Below are positions 41,998 through 51,664 of a stretch of DNA of 64,000 nt, piece by piece (the stretch's first letter is position 1; every line of letters begins with the position of its first letter). The translations under genes were made by a program, and so were the position numbers. The notes under the pieces are model-generated. The model saw nothing but the letters and a program-made list of their open reading frames with translations. It did not search any database and was not told the DNA's origin. Source of the stretch: Nitrospirota bacterium (lineage in GTDB: Bacteria; Nitrospirota; JACRHJ01); contig CAWJRJ010000014.1 in assembly GCA_963845245.1 (NCBI GenBank), positions 1 through 64,000 of the forward strand. The letters are read 5' to 3'.

Positions 41998-42822
41998 TTA
42001 CTCCATGTCCAGATTGCTGTGGACGAGGCGGTACATGAACGTGCCTGTTATAGTGAACCTGTCCTTTTTCCAGTTGCCGGGCAAGGGGTTGAACGGGCTC
42101 GCATCAAGGAGCGCCTGTTTCGCGGCATCGTCCAGCATCGGGTAGCCGGAGGATTTAAGGATGTCTATATCCTCGACCTTGCCGGATTTGATTATTGAGA
42201 ACCTCATTACAAGGTTCCCTTCAATCCCGTCTCTCCTTGCTGTTTCAGGGTATCTCCATATGGTCTCGACCCTTTTCTTGAAGGAATGAAGATAGGAGGT
42301 GTACTCCATGTCGTCTCTGTCGAGAGTAATCTCCCCCTCTTTTGATTTCGCTATATCCTTCTCGACGTTTGCATAGCGCATCAGGTCTTCCTGCGTGGGC
42401 CTGGCGAAAGACGGCGGGGAGGCGGGCGAACCTTGCCTGCGCTTGGACCCCGGTGCCGAGGGCGGAGTAGCCTTTTCACCAGGCACGGCAAGCGGTGCGG
42501 GGACTGTCGGAGGCGAGGGTAATGCCTGACCCCTGGGCTCCTGCTGTGGCGAGGCCGGAGTCGGGAAGAATGGAAGCGAAGGCCTGACGGACGCAATCTT
42601 CGGGGCCTGCTCAGCAGGTTTTGCAGCCAACGGCTTTGTTTCCTGCTTTTGTGGCTGCTGTGGCAAGGCCGTTTTCGGCCCGAGCATGGACGGCCCTACC
42701 AGGTCTATGGCAATAGGCTCCTTCTCCTTCTTCTCTACCTGCTCAAGCCTTATGAATAAAACCAGGAGGAGGTGGAGGGCGACGGACAGGAGGAGGCAAT
42801 AATAAATCAGACCCTTTTTCAT
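41998..42822 (-). CDS. TonB/TolA-family energy transducer
   Basis: SVALH TM motif, Pro-rich linker, C-terminal WRYPETARRDGIEG..SSGYPMLDDAA. Confidence 0.88.
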   Translation of the reverse strand: MKKGLIYYCLLLSVALHLLLVLFIRLEQVEKKEKEPIAIDLVGPSMLGPKTALPQQPQKQETKPLAAKPAEQAPKIASVRPSLPFFPTPASPQQEPRGQALPSPPTVPAPLAVPGEKATPPSAPGSKRRQGSPASPPSFARPTQEDLMRYANVEKDIAKSKEGEITLDRDDMEYTSYLHSFKKRVETIWRYPETARRDGIEGNLVMRFSIIKSGKVEDIDILKSSGYPMLDDAAKQALLDASPFNPLPGNWKKDRFTITGTFMYRLVHSNLDME

Positions 42823-42967
42823 TATCCTTTTACTGCATGGACGGCCCGGAAGTCATCAGGCCAGAATAATCTTTAAATTAGCCTTAAATTATAGCATAAT
42901 ATTAAACCGTGGCAAAGGTTTTTAACGCAGTACCGGGTGCTGCATATCTTTTGGATGACGGGGAGTT

Positions 42968-43987
42968 ATGTCAAAAATCAACCTTCTTACGTTTGGAACA
43001 GACGGGCTGAAGTCATTTATAGAGTCGTCAGGGATGTCCGGGTACAGGGCGGCACAGGTGGCCCGCTGGATATATGTCTCAGGTATCGAGTCCTTCGAAG
43101 AGATGACAAACCTGTCGAAGGCGGACAGGGAGCGCCTCGACGCGTTGGCCGAGATACGCAACATCGAGCTTGTAAAAAGGCAGGTATCGAAGGACGGCAC
43201 CGAGAAGTACCTCTTCAGGCTCGACGACGGGGAGATGGTGGAATCGGTCCTCATCCCCGAAGAGGAAAGGATGACGCTCTGCATATCCTCGCAGGCGGGC
43301 TGCGCGCTCGGCTGCGTGTTCTGTCTCACCGGCGCGGGCGGCTTCAGGCGCGACCTCCTGCCGTACGAGATAACGGGCCAGGTCTTTGCGGCGCGCAAGC
43401 TTGCGGGCGGCAGGGCGGTGACGAACCTCGTCCTGATGGGCATGGGTGAGCCGCTTATGAACCGGGTGAACGTCTTCGAGGCGCTCCGGTGGCTGACCTC
43501 CGACAAGATGTTCGCTATGTCCACCCGCAAGATTACCCTCAGCACTGCGGGGGTGGTGCCGGGCATCAAGGAGCTTGGCGAGAGCGACATAGGAATTAAC
43601 CTCGCGGTATCGCTTAACGCGACTACGGACGAGGTCCGGGACGCCATAATGCCGATAAACCGCAAATACCCCTTGAAAGAGCTGATAAAGGCCCTCAAGG
43701 CCTTCCCGCTCGCCCCCAGGAGGCGGATAACCATCGAGTACGTGATGCTGAAAGGGATTAACGACTCCCTGGCCGATGCGCGCAGGCTCTCTGTGCTGCT
43801 CCGGGGGCTCAAGTGCAAGGTGAACCTCATCCCGTTCAACCCTCATCCCGGCTCGGAATACAAGAAGCCGGAAAGGTCCGTCGTGTTCGACTTCCAGAGG
43901 CAGCTTGAGTATGCCAACTATACCGCGTTCGTAAGGGAGAGCAGGGGGGCGGATATCCTTGCGGCCTGCGGACAAAGTAGGATTTGA
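42968..43987 (+). CDS. rlmN: 23S rRNA (A2503-C2) methyltransferase
   Basis: CISSQAGCALGCVFC, MGMGEP, IEYVML, NLIPFN, AACGQ. Confidence 0.96.
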   Translation: MSKINLLTFGTDGLKSFIESSGMSGYRAAQVARWIYVSGIESFEEMTNLSKADRERLDALAEIRNIELVKRQVSKDGTEKYLFRLDDGEMVESVLIPEEERMTLCISSQAGCALGCVFCLTGAGGFRRDLLPYEITGQVFAARKLAGGRAVTNLVLMGMGEPLMNRVNVFEALRWLTSDKMFAMSTRKITLSTAGVVPGIKELGESDIGINLAVSLNATTDEVRDAIMPINRKYPLKELIKALKAFPLAPRRRITIEYVMLKGINDSLADARRLSVLLRGLKCKVNLIPFNPHPGSEYKKPERSVVFDFQRQLEYANYTAFVRESRGADILAACGQSRI

Positions 43988-44104
43988 TCCAGTTAGTAAT
44001 GCAACTTTTTACCCAGGAGTTGAAATAATTATTACTGACGCATAAAAATATATTGTATATCAGATATTTTTGAAGGCTACCGTGGCCAGCAAGCTTAATG
44101 CTAA

Positions 44105-44245
44105 ATGGCAATGATTATTTACAGCAGAATTGCAGCAGTAGTAATAAATAACATTGTCTGTTACGGGCTTATAGGTATCTTAATATGGTTTGGTGTTTAT
44201 AGGAAAAAGCTACGCACGGACGGCGTGTCAAACGCCCAGAAATAG
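44105..44245 (+). CDS. Possible small membrane protein or gene remnant (46 aa)
   Basis: MAMIIYSRIAAVVINNIVCYGLIGILIWFGVYRKKLRTDGVSNAQK; no clear RBS. Confidence 0.25.
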   Translation: MAMIIYSRIAAVVINNIVCYGLIGILIWFGVYRKKLRTDGVSNAQK

Positions 44246-44246
44246 C

Positions 44247-44274
44247 TTGACCCGGTTTTTTACTGTTGTATAAT
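44247..44274 (+). promoter_or_regulatory. Sigma70-type promoter for xseB-ispA-dxs-tlyA
   Basis: TTGACC-16 nt-TATAAT. Confidence 0.55.
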
Positions 44275-44303
44275 GAACGTTTACATTTGATAAAAGGTTA
44301 AAA

Positions 44304-44534
44304 ATGGAAGAAAAATTTGAGACGGCCATGAAAAGGCTGGAGGAAATAGTTGCGAAGATGGAGGGCGGGGAGCCCGGCCTTGAGGAGTCCCTTAAACTTT
44401 TCGAGGAGGGCATAAAGCTGTCCCGCGTCCTTAACAAGAGGCTTGAAGAAGCGGAACGGAAGGTGGAGATGCTGGTGCGGGACGAATCCGGCAACTTAAA
44501 AACCGAACCGTTCGAGGATGGAGACCAGTCTTGA
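44304..44534 (+). CDS. xseB: Exodeoxyribonuclease VII small subunit
   Basis: FETAMKRLEEIV..LEESLKLFEEG..AERKV. Confidence 0.95.
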   Translation: MEEKFETAMKRLEEIVAKMEGGEPGLEESLKLFEEGIKLSRVLNKRLEEAERKVEMLVRDESGNLKTEPFEDGDQS

Positions 44535-45442
44535 CATTCGACCTTAAAGATTACTTAAAGCAGAAGAAGGGCCTTGTGGACGGATTTCTGGACAAGGCCG
44601 CCCCGAAGGCGGACACCATGCCCGCAAGCCTGCACCGCTCGATGAGATACAGCCTTGAGGCTGGCGGCAAGAGGGTCAGGCCGGTGCTCGCGCTTGCCGC
44701 GGCAGAGGCGGTACTGGGCGAAGGCGCTGCGGACAGGCCGGGCCTTATGGCTGCCGCGTGCTCTCTGGAATTCATACACACCTACTCACTCGTACACGAC
44801 GACCTCCCTGCGATGGACGACGACGACTTCAGGCGCGGCAAGCCCACGAACCACAAGGTGTTCGGCGAGGCGGTCGCCATACTCGCAGGCGATGCGCTGC
44901 TGACGCACGCATTCGAGATACTTGCCTCCCCGGTGTTTACGGGCGGTATGGACCCGGAAGCGAGGCTGGCCATAATAACCGAGTTGGCCCAGGCCTCCGG
45001 CAGCATGGGGATGGTGGGCGGCCAGGTCGTCGATATCGAGTCCGAGGGGCAGCCGGATGTGGATTTTGCGACGCTGGAATACATACATACCCACAAGACC
45101 GGGGCGCTGATACGGGCGTCCGTCAGGATAGGCGCGATAGCCGCCGGGGCCACGCCTTCGCAGCTTGAAGCCCTTACCCGCTATGGCACGGATGTGGGCC
45201 TGGCGTTCCAGATTGCGGATGATATACTTGATATCACCGGCACGATAGAGGAGATCGGCAAGGACGTCGGGAGCGACGTCGCGCGCGGCAAGAAGACCTA
45301 CCCGGCCTTTGTCGGGCTTGAGGAGTCCAGGCTTCGCGCGCGCGAGCTTTCCGAGGCCGCCGTCAGGGCACTGGACGTCTTTGGCCCGTCGGCCCTGCCT
45401 CTTAAAGAAATTGCGGAATATATCGTCTCAAGGAAGGGCTGA
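44531..45442 (+). CDS. ispA: Farnesyl/geranylgeranyl diphosphate synthase
   Basis: GGKRVRP, HDDLPAMDDDDFRRGKP, GQVVD, HKTGAL, FQIADDILD. Confidence 0.95.
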   Translation: MTFDLKDYLKQKKGLVDGFLDKAAPKADTMPASLHRSMRYSLEAGGKRVRPVLALAAAEAVLGEGAADRPGLMAAACSLEFIHTYSLVHDDLPAMDDDDFRRGKPTNHKVFGEAVAILAGDALLTHAFEILASPVFTGGMDPEARLAIITELAQASGSMGMVGGQVVDIESEGQPDVDFATLEYIHTHKTGALIRASVRIGAIAAGATPSQLEALTRYGTDVGLAFQIADDILDITGTIEEIGKDVGSDVARGKKTYPAFVGLEESRLRARELSEAAVRALDVFGPSALPLKEIAEYIVSRKG

Positions 45443-45463
45443 GGCGGGCCGGAAGGAGATATT

Positions 45464-47365
45464 ATGGCCTTGTTGGATAAAATTAATGAACCATCACAAT
45501 TAAAGGGTCTCGGAGTCAAGGAGATGACCGCCCTGGCCGAGGAGGTCAGGGAGGAGATTATCGCCGTCGTATCAAAAAACGGCGGTCACCTGGCTTCCAG
45601 TCTCGGCGTGGTAGAGCTTACCATTGCGCTCCACCACGTATATAATTCCCCCAAAGACAAGATCATCTGGGACGTAGGCCACCAGGCCTACACGCACAAG
45701 ATCCTCACTGGCAGACGCGACAGCTTCCACACGCTCCGCAGGCAGGACGGCATCAGCGGTTTCCCGAAGCGCTCCGAGAGCCCGCATGACGCATTCGACG
45801 TCGGACACTCCAGCACCTCCATATCGGCGGCTGTCGGGATGGCTGTCGCGCGCGACATAAAAGGCGAGGACTTCAAGGTGGCGGCGGTGATAGGCGACGG
45901 CTCGATGACTGCGGGGCTTGCGTTTGAGGGGCTCAACCAGGCTGGGCACTTAAAGCGTGACCTTGTCGTCATATTAAACGACAACGAGATGTCCATATCC
46001 ACCAACGTCGGCGCGCTCTCAAACTACTTAAGCCGCATAATAACCGGCGAGCGTGCGGACAAGTTCCGCAGGGACACCGAGAGCCTTATAAAGAAGCTCC
46101 CGCCCAAGTTCGGCGAACAGGTTTTGAAGGTAGCCACGAAGACGAGCGAATCCATCAAGGGGCTGTTCGCCCCGGGCATGCTGTTTGAGGAGATGGGGTT
46201 CTCGTATGTCGGCCCGATCGACGGCCACGACCTCCCCATGCTGATAGATACCCTGAAGGCCGCACGGTCGCGCAAGGGCCCTGTCCTGGTGCACGTCCTT
46301 ACCAAGAAGGGCAAGGGCTACGAGCCGGCCGAGAACAAGCCGACCGCGTTCCACGGGACGCCGCCTTTCGACGTCGAGTCCGGCGAGACCAGCAAGAGCT
46401 CCGGGGTGTCTTATACATCCGTCTTCGGCCAGACGCTCTGCGAACTTGCAAGGAAGGACAAAGGCATAGTGGCAATATCTGCCGCCATGCCGGAAGGCAC
46501 CGGACTATCAAAGTTCGCGACGGAGTTCCCGGACAGGTTCTTCGACGTCGGCATCGCCGAGCAGCATGGCGTGACCTTCGCCACAGGGCTTGCCGCATGC
46601 GGGCTAAAACCGGTCACGGCAATATATTCGACCTTCATGCAGAGGTCTTACGACCAGGTTGTACACGACCTGTGCATGCAGAAGCTGCCGGTCGTGCTTG
46701 CCATGGACCGGGCGGGAATCGTGGGCGAGGACGGCGAGACCCACCAGGGCCTGTTTGATATATCATTTCTTCGGCACGTGCCGAACCTTGTATTCATGGC
46801 GCCCAAGGACGAGAACGAGCTGAGGCACATGATGTTCACGGCTTTCAGGCTTGGCTGCCCCGTGGCGCTTCGCTACCCGAGGGGCAACGGCGAGGGCATA
46901 CCCATGGACGAAGACCTGAAGGATATCGAGGTAGGCAAGGGCGAGGTGCTGCGCGAAGGCACGGACCTTACCATCATAGCGGTCGGCAATACTGTATACC
47001 GTTGCATCAAGGCCGCCGAAAGCATGGGAGAAAAGGGTTTGTCGGTAGGCGTTATCAACGCCAGGTTCGTCAAGCCGATTGACAAGGAACTGATACTCTT
47101 GACAGCCTCCAGGGGCGGCAAGATAATGACTGTTGAGGAAAACGTCCTGGCCGGCGGCTTTGGCTCGGCCGTGCTTGAAGTCATAGAAGATGCCGGCATC
47201 ACGGGTGTCCTGGTCAAAAGGCACGGTGTCGATGATATATATGTAGAGCAGGGGACACAGGCCCAGATAAGGCACAGGCTCGGGCTTGATACCGAAGGTA
47301 TAGAGGCAGCCGCGTCCGCATTCATTAAAAGTGCGGTCGGGGAAGAGGCCTTTTTTGAGAATTGA
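45464..47365 (+). CDS. dxs: 1-deoxy-D-xylulose-5-phosphate synthase
   Basis: GGHLASSLG, WDVGHQAY, GDGSMTAG, NDNEMSI, DVGIAEQH, DRAG. Confidence 0.98.
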   Translation: MALLDKINEPSQLKGLGVKEMTALAEEVREEIIAVVSKNGGHLASSLGVVELTIALHHVYNSPKDKIIWDVGHQAYTHKILTGRRDSFHTLRRQDGISGFPKRSESPHDAFDVGHSSTSISAAVGMAVARDIKGEDFKVAAVIGDGSMTAGLAFEGLNQAGHLKRDLVVILNDNEMSISTNVGALSNYLSRIITGERADKFRRDTESLIKKLPPKFGEQVLKVATKTSESIKGLFAPGMLFEEMGFSYVGPIDGHDLPMLIDTLKAARSRKGPVLVHVLTKKGKGYEPAENKPTAFHGTPPFDVESGETSKSSGVSYTSVFGQTLCELARKDKGIVAISAAMPEGTGLSKFATEFPDRFFDVGIAEQHGVTFATGLAACGLKPVTAIYSTFMQRSYDQVVHDLCMQKLPVVLAMDRAGIVGEDGETHQGLFDISFLRHVPNLVFMAPKDENELRHMMFTAFRLGCPVALRYPRGNGEGIPMDEDLKDIEVGKGEVLREGTDLTIIAVGNTVYRCIKAAESMGEKGLSVGVINARFVKPIDKELILLTASRGGKIMTVEENVLAGGFGSAVLEVIEDAGITGVLVKRHGVDDIYVEQGTQAQIRHRLGLDTEGIEAAASAFIKSAVGEEAFFEN

Positions 47366-48096
47366 GTAAGGAGCGGCTGGACAAGGAGATCTTGAGGCGC
47401 GGCCTTGCCGACACAAGGCAGAAGGCCCAGGGACTGATACTCTCCGGCCGAGTAGTCGTCGATGGCAGGGTTGCCGATAAGGCCGGAACGCAGGTCGGCC
47501 CCGATGCGGATATAAGGTTGACCGGAGACTACCTCCCATACGTGTCACGGGGCGGCTTGAAATTGAAAGGCGCCCTGGACAACTTCAAGATAGATGTCAC
47601 AGGCCTTGTATGCGCCGACATTGGCGCGTCGACAGGCGGTTTTACCGACTGCCTTCTACAAGAGGGGGCTGCAAAGGTATATGCCATAGACGTCGGCTAT
47701 GGCATCCTGGACCTCAAGATACGGAACGACCAAAGAGTGACCGTTATCGAGCGGTTCAACGCACGCTTCCTCACACAGGACACGCTTCCTGAAAAAGTGG
47801 ACCTGGCGGTCATTGACGCATCATTCATTTCACTGAAGCTGCTGCTTAAACCAGTCTTGGCGATCCTCAAGCCGGGGTGTCCGATAATCGCCCTGGTAAA
47901 GCCCCAGTTCGAGGTGGGACGGGAGAATGTCGGCAAAGGCGGGATTATCAGGGACGAGGGCTTGAGGGCTGCCGCGCTTGAGGCAATCAAGGAGTTTGCG
48001 TCATCGATTGGGGCGTCGGTGGAAGGCGAGATGGAATCGCCTATAACGGGCGCTAAGGGAAATGTGGAATACCTGCTCCACCTGAAAGCGCCTTAA
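47362..48096 (+). CDS. tlyA: TlyA family rRNA methyltransferase
   Basis: S4 domain, YVSRGGLKL, DIGASTGGFTD, LVKPQFE, SPITGAKGNVEY. Confidence 0.95.
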   Translation: MSKERLDKEILRRGLADTRQKAQGLILSGRVVVDGRVADKAGTQVGPDADIRLTGDYLPYVSRGGLKLKGALDNFKIDVTGLVCADIGASTGGFTDCLLQEGAAKVYAIDVGYGILDLKIRNDQRVTVIERFNARFLTQDTLPEKVDLAVIDASFISLKLLLKPVLAILKPGCPIIALVKPQFEVGRENVGKGGIIRDEGLRAAALEAIKEFASSIGASVEGEMESPITGAKGNVEYLLHLKAP

Positions 48097-48117
48097 GGCA
48101 ATGAAAGGGATAAAGGA

Positions 48118-48786
48118 ATGGATGACGAGCTGAAGGAACTCAAGGAAAGGCTGGTGGCGAATCCAGAGAAACTGGCCTCGGAGATATTTGACCTCCCGTA
48201 CGAGCTCGTCGAAGTTCTGGCTGCCGACACTGAATTCAGGCCGCTGGTTGAAACGGCAATTGTGCGGAACGGTGGGGCACATCTTTCTGGCCAGCCAGGA
48301 TCCCTCACCCCGGCGGAAATCGCGGCTGTGGTCAGGACCAGGCAGGAAGAGGAACAGCGGGAGGAGGACGATAAAAAGCTCAGCCTGTTGACGAGGATAT
48401 CGAGGCTTGATGTAGGTTCAAAGGCGAAGCTTGCCCGGAATGGCGATAAGGATGCCCGCACGATCCTCATTAAAGACGCCAACAAGCTTGTATCCATGGC
48501 CGTGCTGGCCAACCCGAAGCTGACCATCCAGGAAGTAGAGGTGTTGGCAGCGTCGCGCAACGTCTCCGACGAGGTGCTTAGGGTGATATCCAGAAACCAG
48601 GACTGGTGCAAGAGCTATACGGTAATATTTAACCTGGCAAACAACCCGAAGACCCCTGTTGCCATAAGCCTTACCTACCTGCCAAGGCTTCTCACGCGTG
48701 ACCTCAGGCTGCTTGCAAAGAGCAAGGGTGTCCCGGAAATAATAAGGACGACAGCGAAAAGGCATAATGATAAGAGGCAATTTTGA
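48118..48786 (+). CDS. Conserved hypothetical helical-repeat (LRV-like) protein
   Basis: ARTILIKDANKLVSMAVLANPKLT, LANNPKTP; RBS AAGGA. Confidence 0.7.
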   Translation: MDDELKELKERLVANPEKLASEIFDLPYELVEVLAADTEFRPLVETAIVRNGGAHLSGQPGSLTPAEIAAVVRTRQEEEQREEDDKKLSLLTRISRLDVGSKAKLARNGDKDARTILIKDANKLVSMAVLANPKLTIQEVEVLAASRNVSDEVLRVISRNQDWCKSYTVIFNLANNPKTPVAISLTYLPRLLTRDLRLLAKSKGVPEIIRTTAKRHNDKRQF

Positions 48787-49028
48787 CGTTTTTTCTTAAT
48801 AAAAATTAATGTAAGACCTTTAATTAAAAAATATTTAAAAAGCCCATTATATTGTAGTCTCCTACCGCTGCCACTACGCCAAGTTGTATTCCCAGTTTTT
48901 TTTCTAAAGCCGTAACGCCTTAAAATATCTAAAAAAAGCCTTGACAAAGAAAAATGCTTAGTATACTTAATATACCAAGACGTTTTAAATGTTAAACTAT
49001 TTTAATTTTATACTTAAAAAGGGCTACT

Positions 49029-49229
49029 ATGGGCATGACTAAAAAAGCCGCAGCCGAGAAATTCAAGACCAAGGATATATGCAAGATATATGATATTTCC
49101 AGGTCGACCCTCTTCAGGTGGGAGAGCGAGGGCCTGATCACAGGCGTTGAGAGGGACTGGAGAGGGTGGAGGCTTTACCATCAGAAGAACCTGAAAGAGA
49201 TAGAGCGGATAATGAAGCAAAAGCAGTAG
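49029..49229 (+). CDS. Small MerR-type HTH protein
   Basis: DICKIYDISRSTLFRWESEGLI..RDWRGWRLY. Confidence 0.85.
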   Translation: MGMTKKAAAEKFKTKDICKIYDISRSTLFRWESEGLITGVERDWRGWRLYHQKNLKEIERIMKQKQ

Positions 49230-49276
49230 GGACCGGACGCGGTTTTTAAAAACCCGAAAGCCTCACGAGGTGACAA

Positions 49277-50332
49277 GTGTTATTCGGCAAGAAAACCAGG
49301 ATAATCGGGCTTGATATCGGCTCACAGACGATAAAACTTGCCCAGATCGTCGAGCGGGGCAAGGAACTCGTGCTCGTAAAGTTCGGGGTCAAGCAGCTTT
49401 CCCCGGAGGCTATAGTCGACGGCACTGTCCTTGACAGGACGCAGGTTGCCGGCGTTATTACTGAACTCATTCAGGAGCAGCAGGTAAAGTCAAAGGATGT
49501 CGCCGTAGGCGTCTCCGGAAACTCGGTCATAGTAAAAAGGATATCACTCCCTGAGATGGGCGAGGAGGAACTCGCTGAGTCCATCAACTGGGAGGCTGAG
49601 CAGTACATCCCCTTCGCCATAGACGACGTCAACCTGGACTTCCAGATACTCGGCCCTTCACCCAAAGAAGGCGCCAACACTATGGACGTCGTCCTCGTCG
49701 CTGCAAAAAAAGACAAGATAAACGACTATGTATCGCTTGTGACAGAGGCCGGCTTGAACCCCGTAATAATGGATGTAGACGCCTTTGCGCTCGAAAACAT
49801 GTTCGAGGTGAATTACGAGATTGTGACCGGCCGGGTGGATGCATTGATAAATGTCGGTGCCGCGGTCATGAGCATCAACATCCTTCGGGACGGCGCTTCG
49901 GTCTTTACCAGGGATAGCTCGATCGGCGGCAACCATTACACCGAAACGCTGCAGAAAGAGTTCGGGGTCAGTTACGACGTCGCGGAGCAGCTGAAAAAAG
50001 GCGAAGAGGCTGGCGGAGTGAGCCTGGAGCAAGTGCAGGAGGTACTGAATACAGTATCGGAAGAACTTGCAGCCGAGGCAGGCCGTTCGGTCGACTTCTT
50101 CCGGTCTACAACCGGCGTAGAAAATGTCGACAGGGTTATTCTTTCCGGCGGCACTTCAATGGTGAACGGTTTTGCAGACGTCCTTGCCGAAAGGGTGGGC
50201 GTCCAGGTCGAGCTGGCGAACCCTTTCAGGAATATTGGCATTGACCCGGGTATAGATGCGGAGATGGCGCGGAACATGGCGCCTGCGGCGGCCGTCGTAG
50301 TCGGGCTTGCTTTAAGGAGGCTCGGAGATTAA
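49277..50332 (+). CDS. pilM: Type IV pilus assembly protein PilM
   Basis: IGLDIGS, EAEQYIPF, MDVDAFAL, LSGG, VGLALR. Confidence 0.96.
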   Translation: MLFGKKTRIIGLDIGSQTIKLAQIVERGKELVLVKFGVKQLSPEAIVDGTVLDRTQVAGVITELIQEQQVKSKDVAVGVSGNSVIVKRISLPEMGEEELAESINWEAEQYIPFAIDDVNLDFQILGPSPKEGANTMDVVLVAAKKDKINDYVSLVTEAGLNPVIMDVDAFALENMFEVNYEIVTGRVDALINVGAAVMSINILRDGASVFTRDSSIGGNHYTETLQKEFGVSYDVAEQLKKGEEAGGVSLEQVQEVLNTVSEELAAEAGRSVDFFRSTTGVENVDRVILSGGTSMVNGFADVLAERVGVQVELANPFRNIGIDPGIDAEMARNMAPAAAVVVGLALRRLGD

Positions 50333-51069
50333 TGATCAAAATAAACCTCCTCCCGCACAAGAAAGTCAAAGCCGTTGAAAAAGGTGTGCTCCAGCTCAGG
50401 ATTATCGCTTTTGCGATAACCGCCCTGGTTTTTGTGGGGCTTTTATACGGGTTCATCAAAATACATGCAACCAACAGCGAGCTTTCAGAAAAGAACCTGC
50501 AGACATCACAACAGCTTGCGGCCCTGAAGAAAAAGGTAAAGGACGTCGAGGGCTTCGAACAGACAAGGAAAGACCTGGAACAGAAGCTGTCGGTAATCCA
50601 GGAGTTGCAAAAAAGGCGCGTGCCGATGTCTGTTATATTGAGCGAACTCAACAAGCAGACCACAAAGGACATATGGTTCACGTCGCTGCACATCGGAGGT
50701 ATCACCTTCGAACTGACAGGCATGGCCAGGGACAGCAGGTCGAACGCGGAGTCCTTTTTCAAGAAACTGGAAGCGGCTGATATATTTTACGACCTTAACC
50801 TCGAAGACGTGAAGGAAGACACCACTGGCGAAGCAAAAAAGAAGGAAAGCTCCGTCAGCAGCGGGAAAAAGAAGGAAGGCCTAGTCAACGCCGGGAGGAT
50901 GTTTGCCTTCAAAATTTCCGGGAAGCTTAAGGGCTACGAAGAGCCCGCCCCTCAGGCCGTCCCGCAGGATACCCAAGTAAAAGGCAAGGCTGTGCCGAAA
51001 GCCGCTCCACCTGCCGCACAAGGCAAGGTTGCGCCGAAAGCTGCTCCCACCGGGAAAACCGGCAAATAG
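50332..51069 (+). CDS. pilN: Type IV pilus assembly protein PilN
   Basis: IKINLLP motif, TM, coiled coil; Ala/Pro/Lys tail. Confidence 0.92.
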   Translation: MIKINLLPHKKVKAVEKGVLQLRIIAFAITALVFVGLLYGFIKIHATNSELSEKNLQTSQQLAALKKKVKDVEGFEQTRKDLEQKLSVIQELQKRRVPMSVILSELNKQTTKDIWFTSLHIGGITFELTGMARDSRSNAESFFKKLEAADIFYDLNLEDVKEDTTGEAKKKESSVSSGKKKEGLVNAGRMFAFKISGKLKGYEEPAPQAVPQDTQVKGKAVPKAAPPAAQGKVAPKAAPTGKTGK

Positions 51070-51075
51070 GAAAGG

Positions 51076-51660
51076 ATGGGTATGAAAGCGATAAGGGATA
51101 AACTAAAGAAAATAAACCCAAAGCATTTGACCATGATGCTTTTTCTCGTCCCCATTTTTTTGATCGCTGTTTTTATGTATGTTGTTTACCTCCCATACCA
51201 AAAGTCGAACAGCAACCTGGAACAGAAGATCCAGCAGAACGAGAGCGAGATATCCAAAAGCCAGGTAATGCAGAGGAAGCTTGCCGAGTTGAAAGTAGCC
51301 AACTTAAAACTGCAGGAAGACCTGAAAAGCGCAACGGCCGTCCTGCCGGGCACTGAAGAGGCCGCCAAGCTTCCTGATACCTTAACCGACATGATGAAAG
51401 CGTCGGGGCTTACGTACAAATCCATCACCCCTGGCAAAATTACTGCAGGTCCAAGCGGCCTGTATTCTGAGATGCCGATAGCTGTAGAGTTCTCCGGAAG
51501 TTACCACGACGTAGGCAAGTTTATGGAAGGCATAGACAACATAACCAGGCTTGTGTCGGTATCTGATATCAATATGTCTTCCGCAACCATGGACGGTAGA
51601 AGGATGAATATACCGGTAAAAATGACCATCCTTGCCTACACTGCTGGCGGAGGTAAATAG
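51076..51660 (+). CDS. pilO: Type IV pilus assembly protein PilO
   Basis: YSEMPI..GSYHDVGKF..RLV; position in operon. Confidence 0.92.
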   Translation: MGMKAIRDKLKKINPKHLTMMLFLVPIFLIAVFMYVVYLPYQKSNSNLEQKIQQNESEISKSQVMQRKLAELKVANLKLQEDLKSATAVLPGTEEAAKLPDTLTDMMKASGLTYKSITPGKITAGPSGLYSEMPIAVEFSGSYHDVGKFMEGIDNITRLVSVSDINMSSATMDGRRMNIPVKMTILAYTAGGGK

Positions 51661-51664
51661 CAAA

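Noticed and set aside
50981..51052. 39-nt imperfect tandem repeat in the pilN tail
   Set aside because: Encodes a low-complexity Ala/Pro/Lys tail (KGKAVPKAAP / QGKVAPKAAP); unremarkable.
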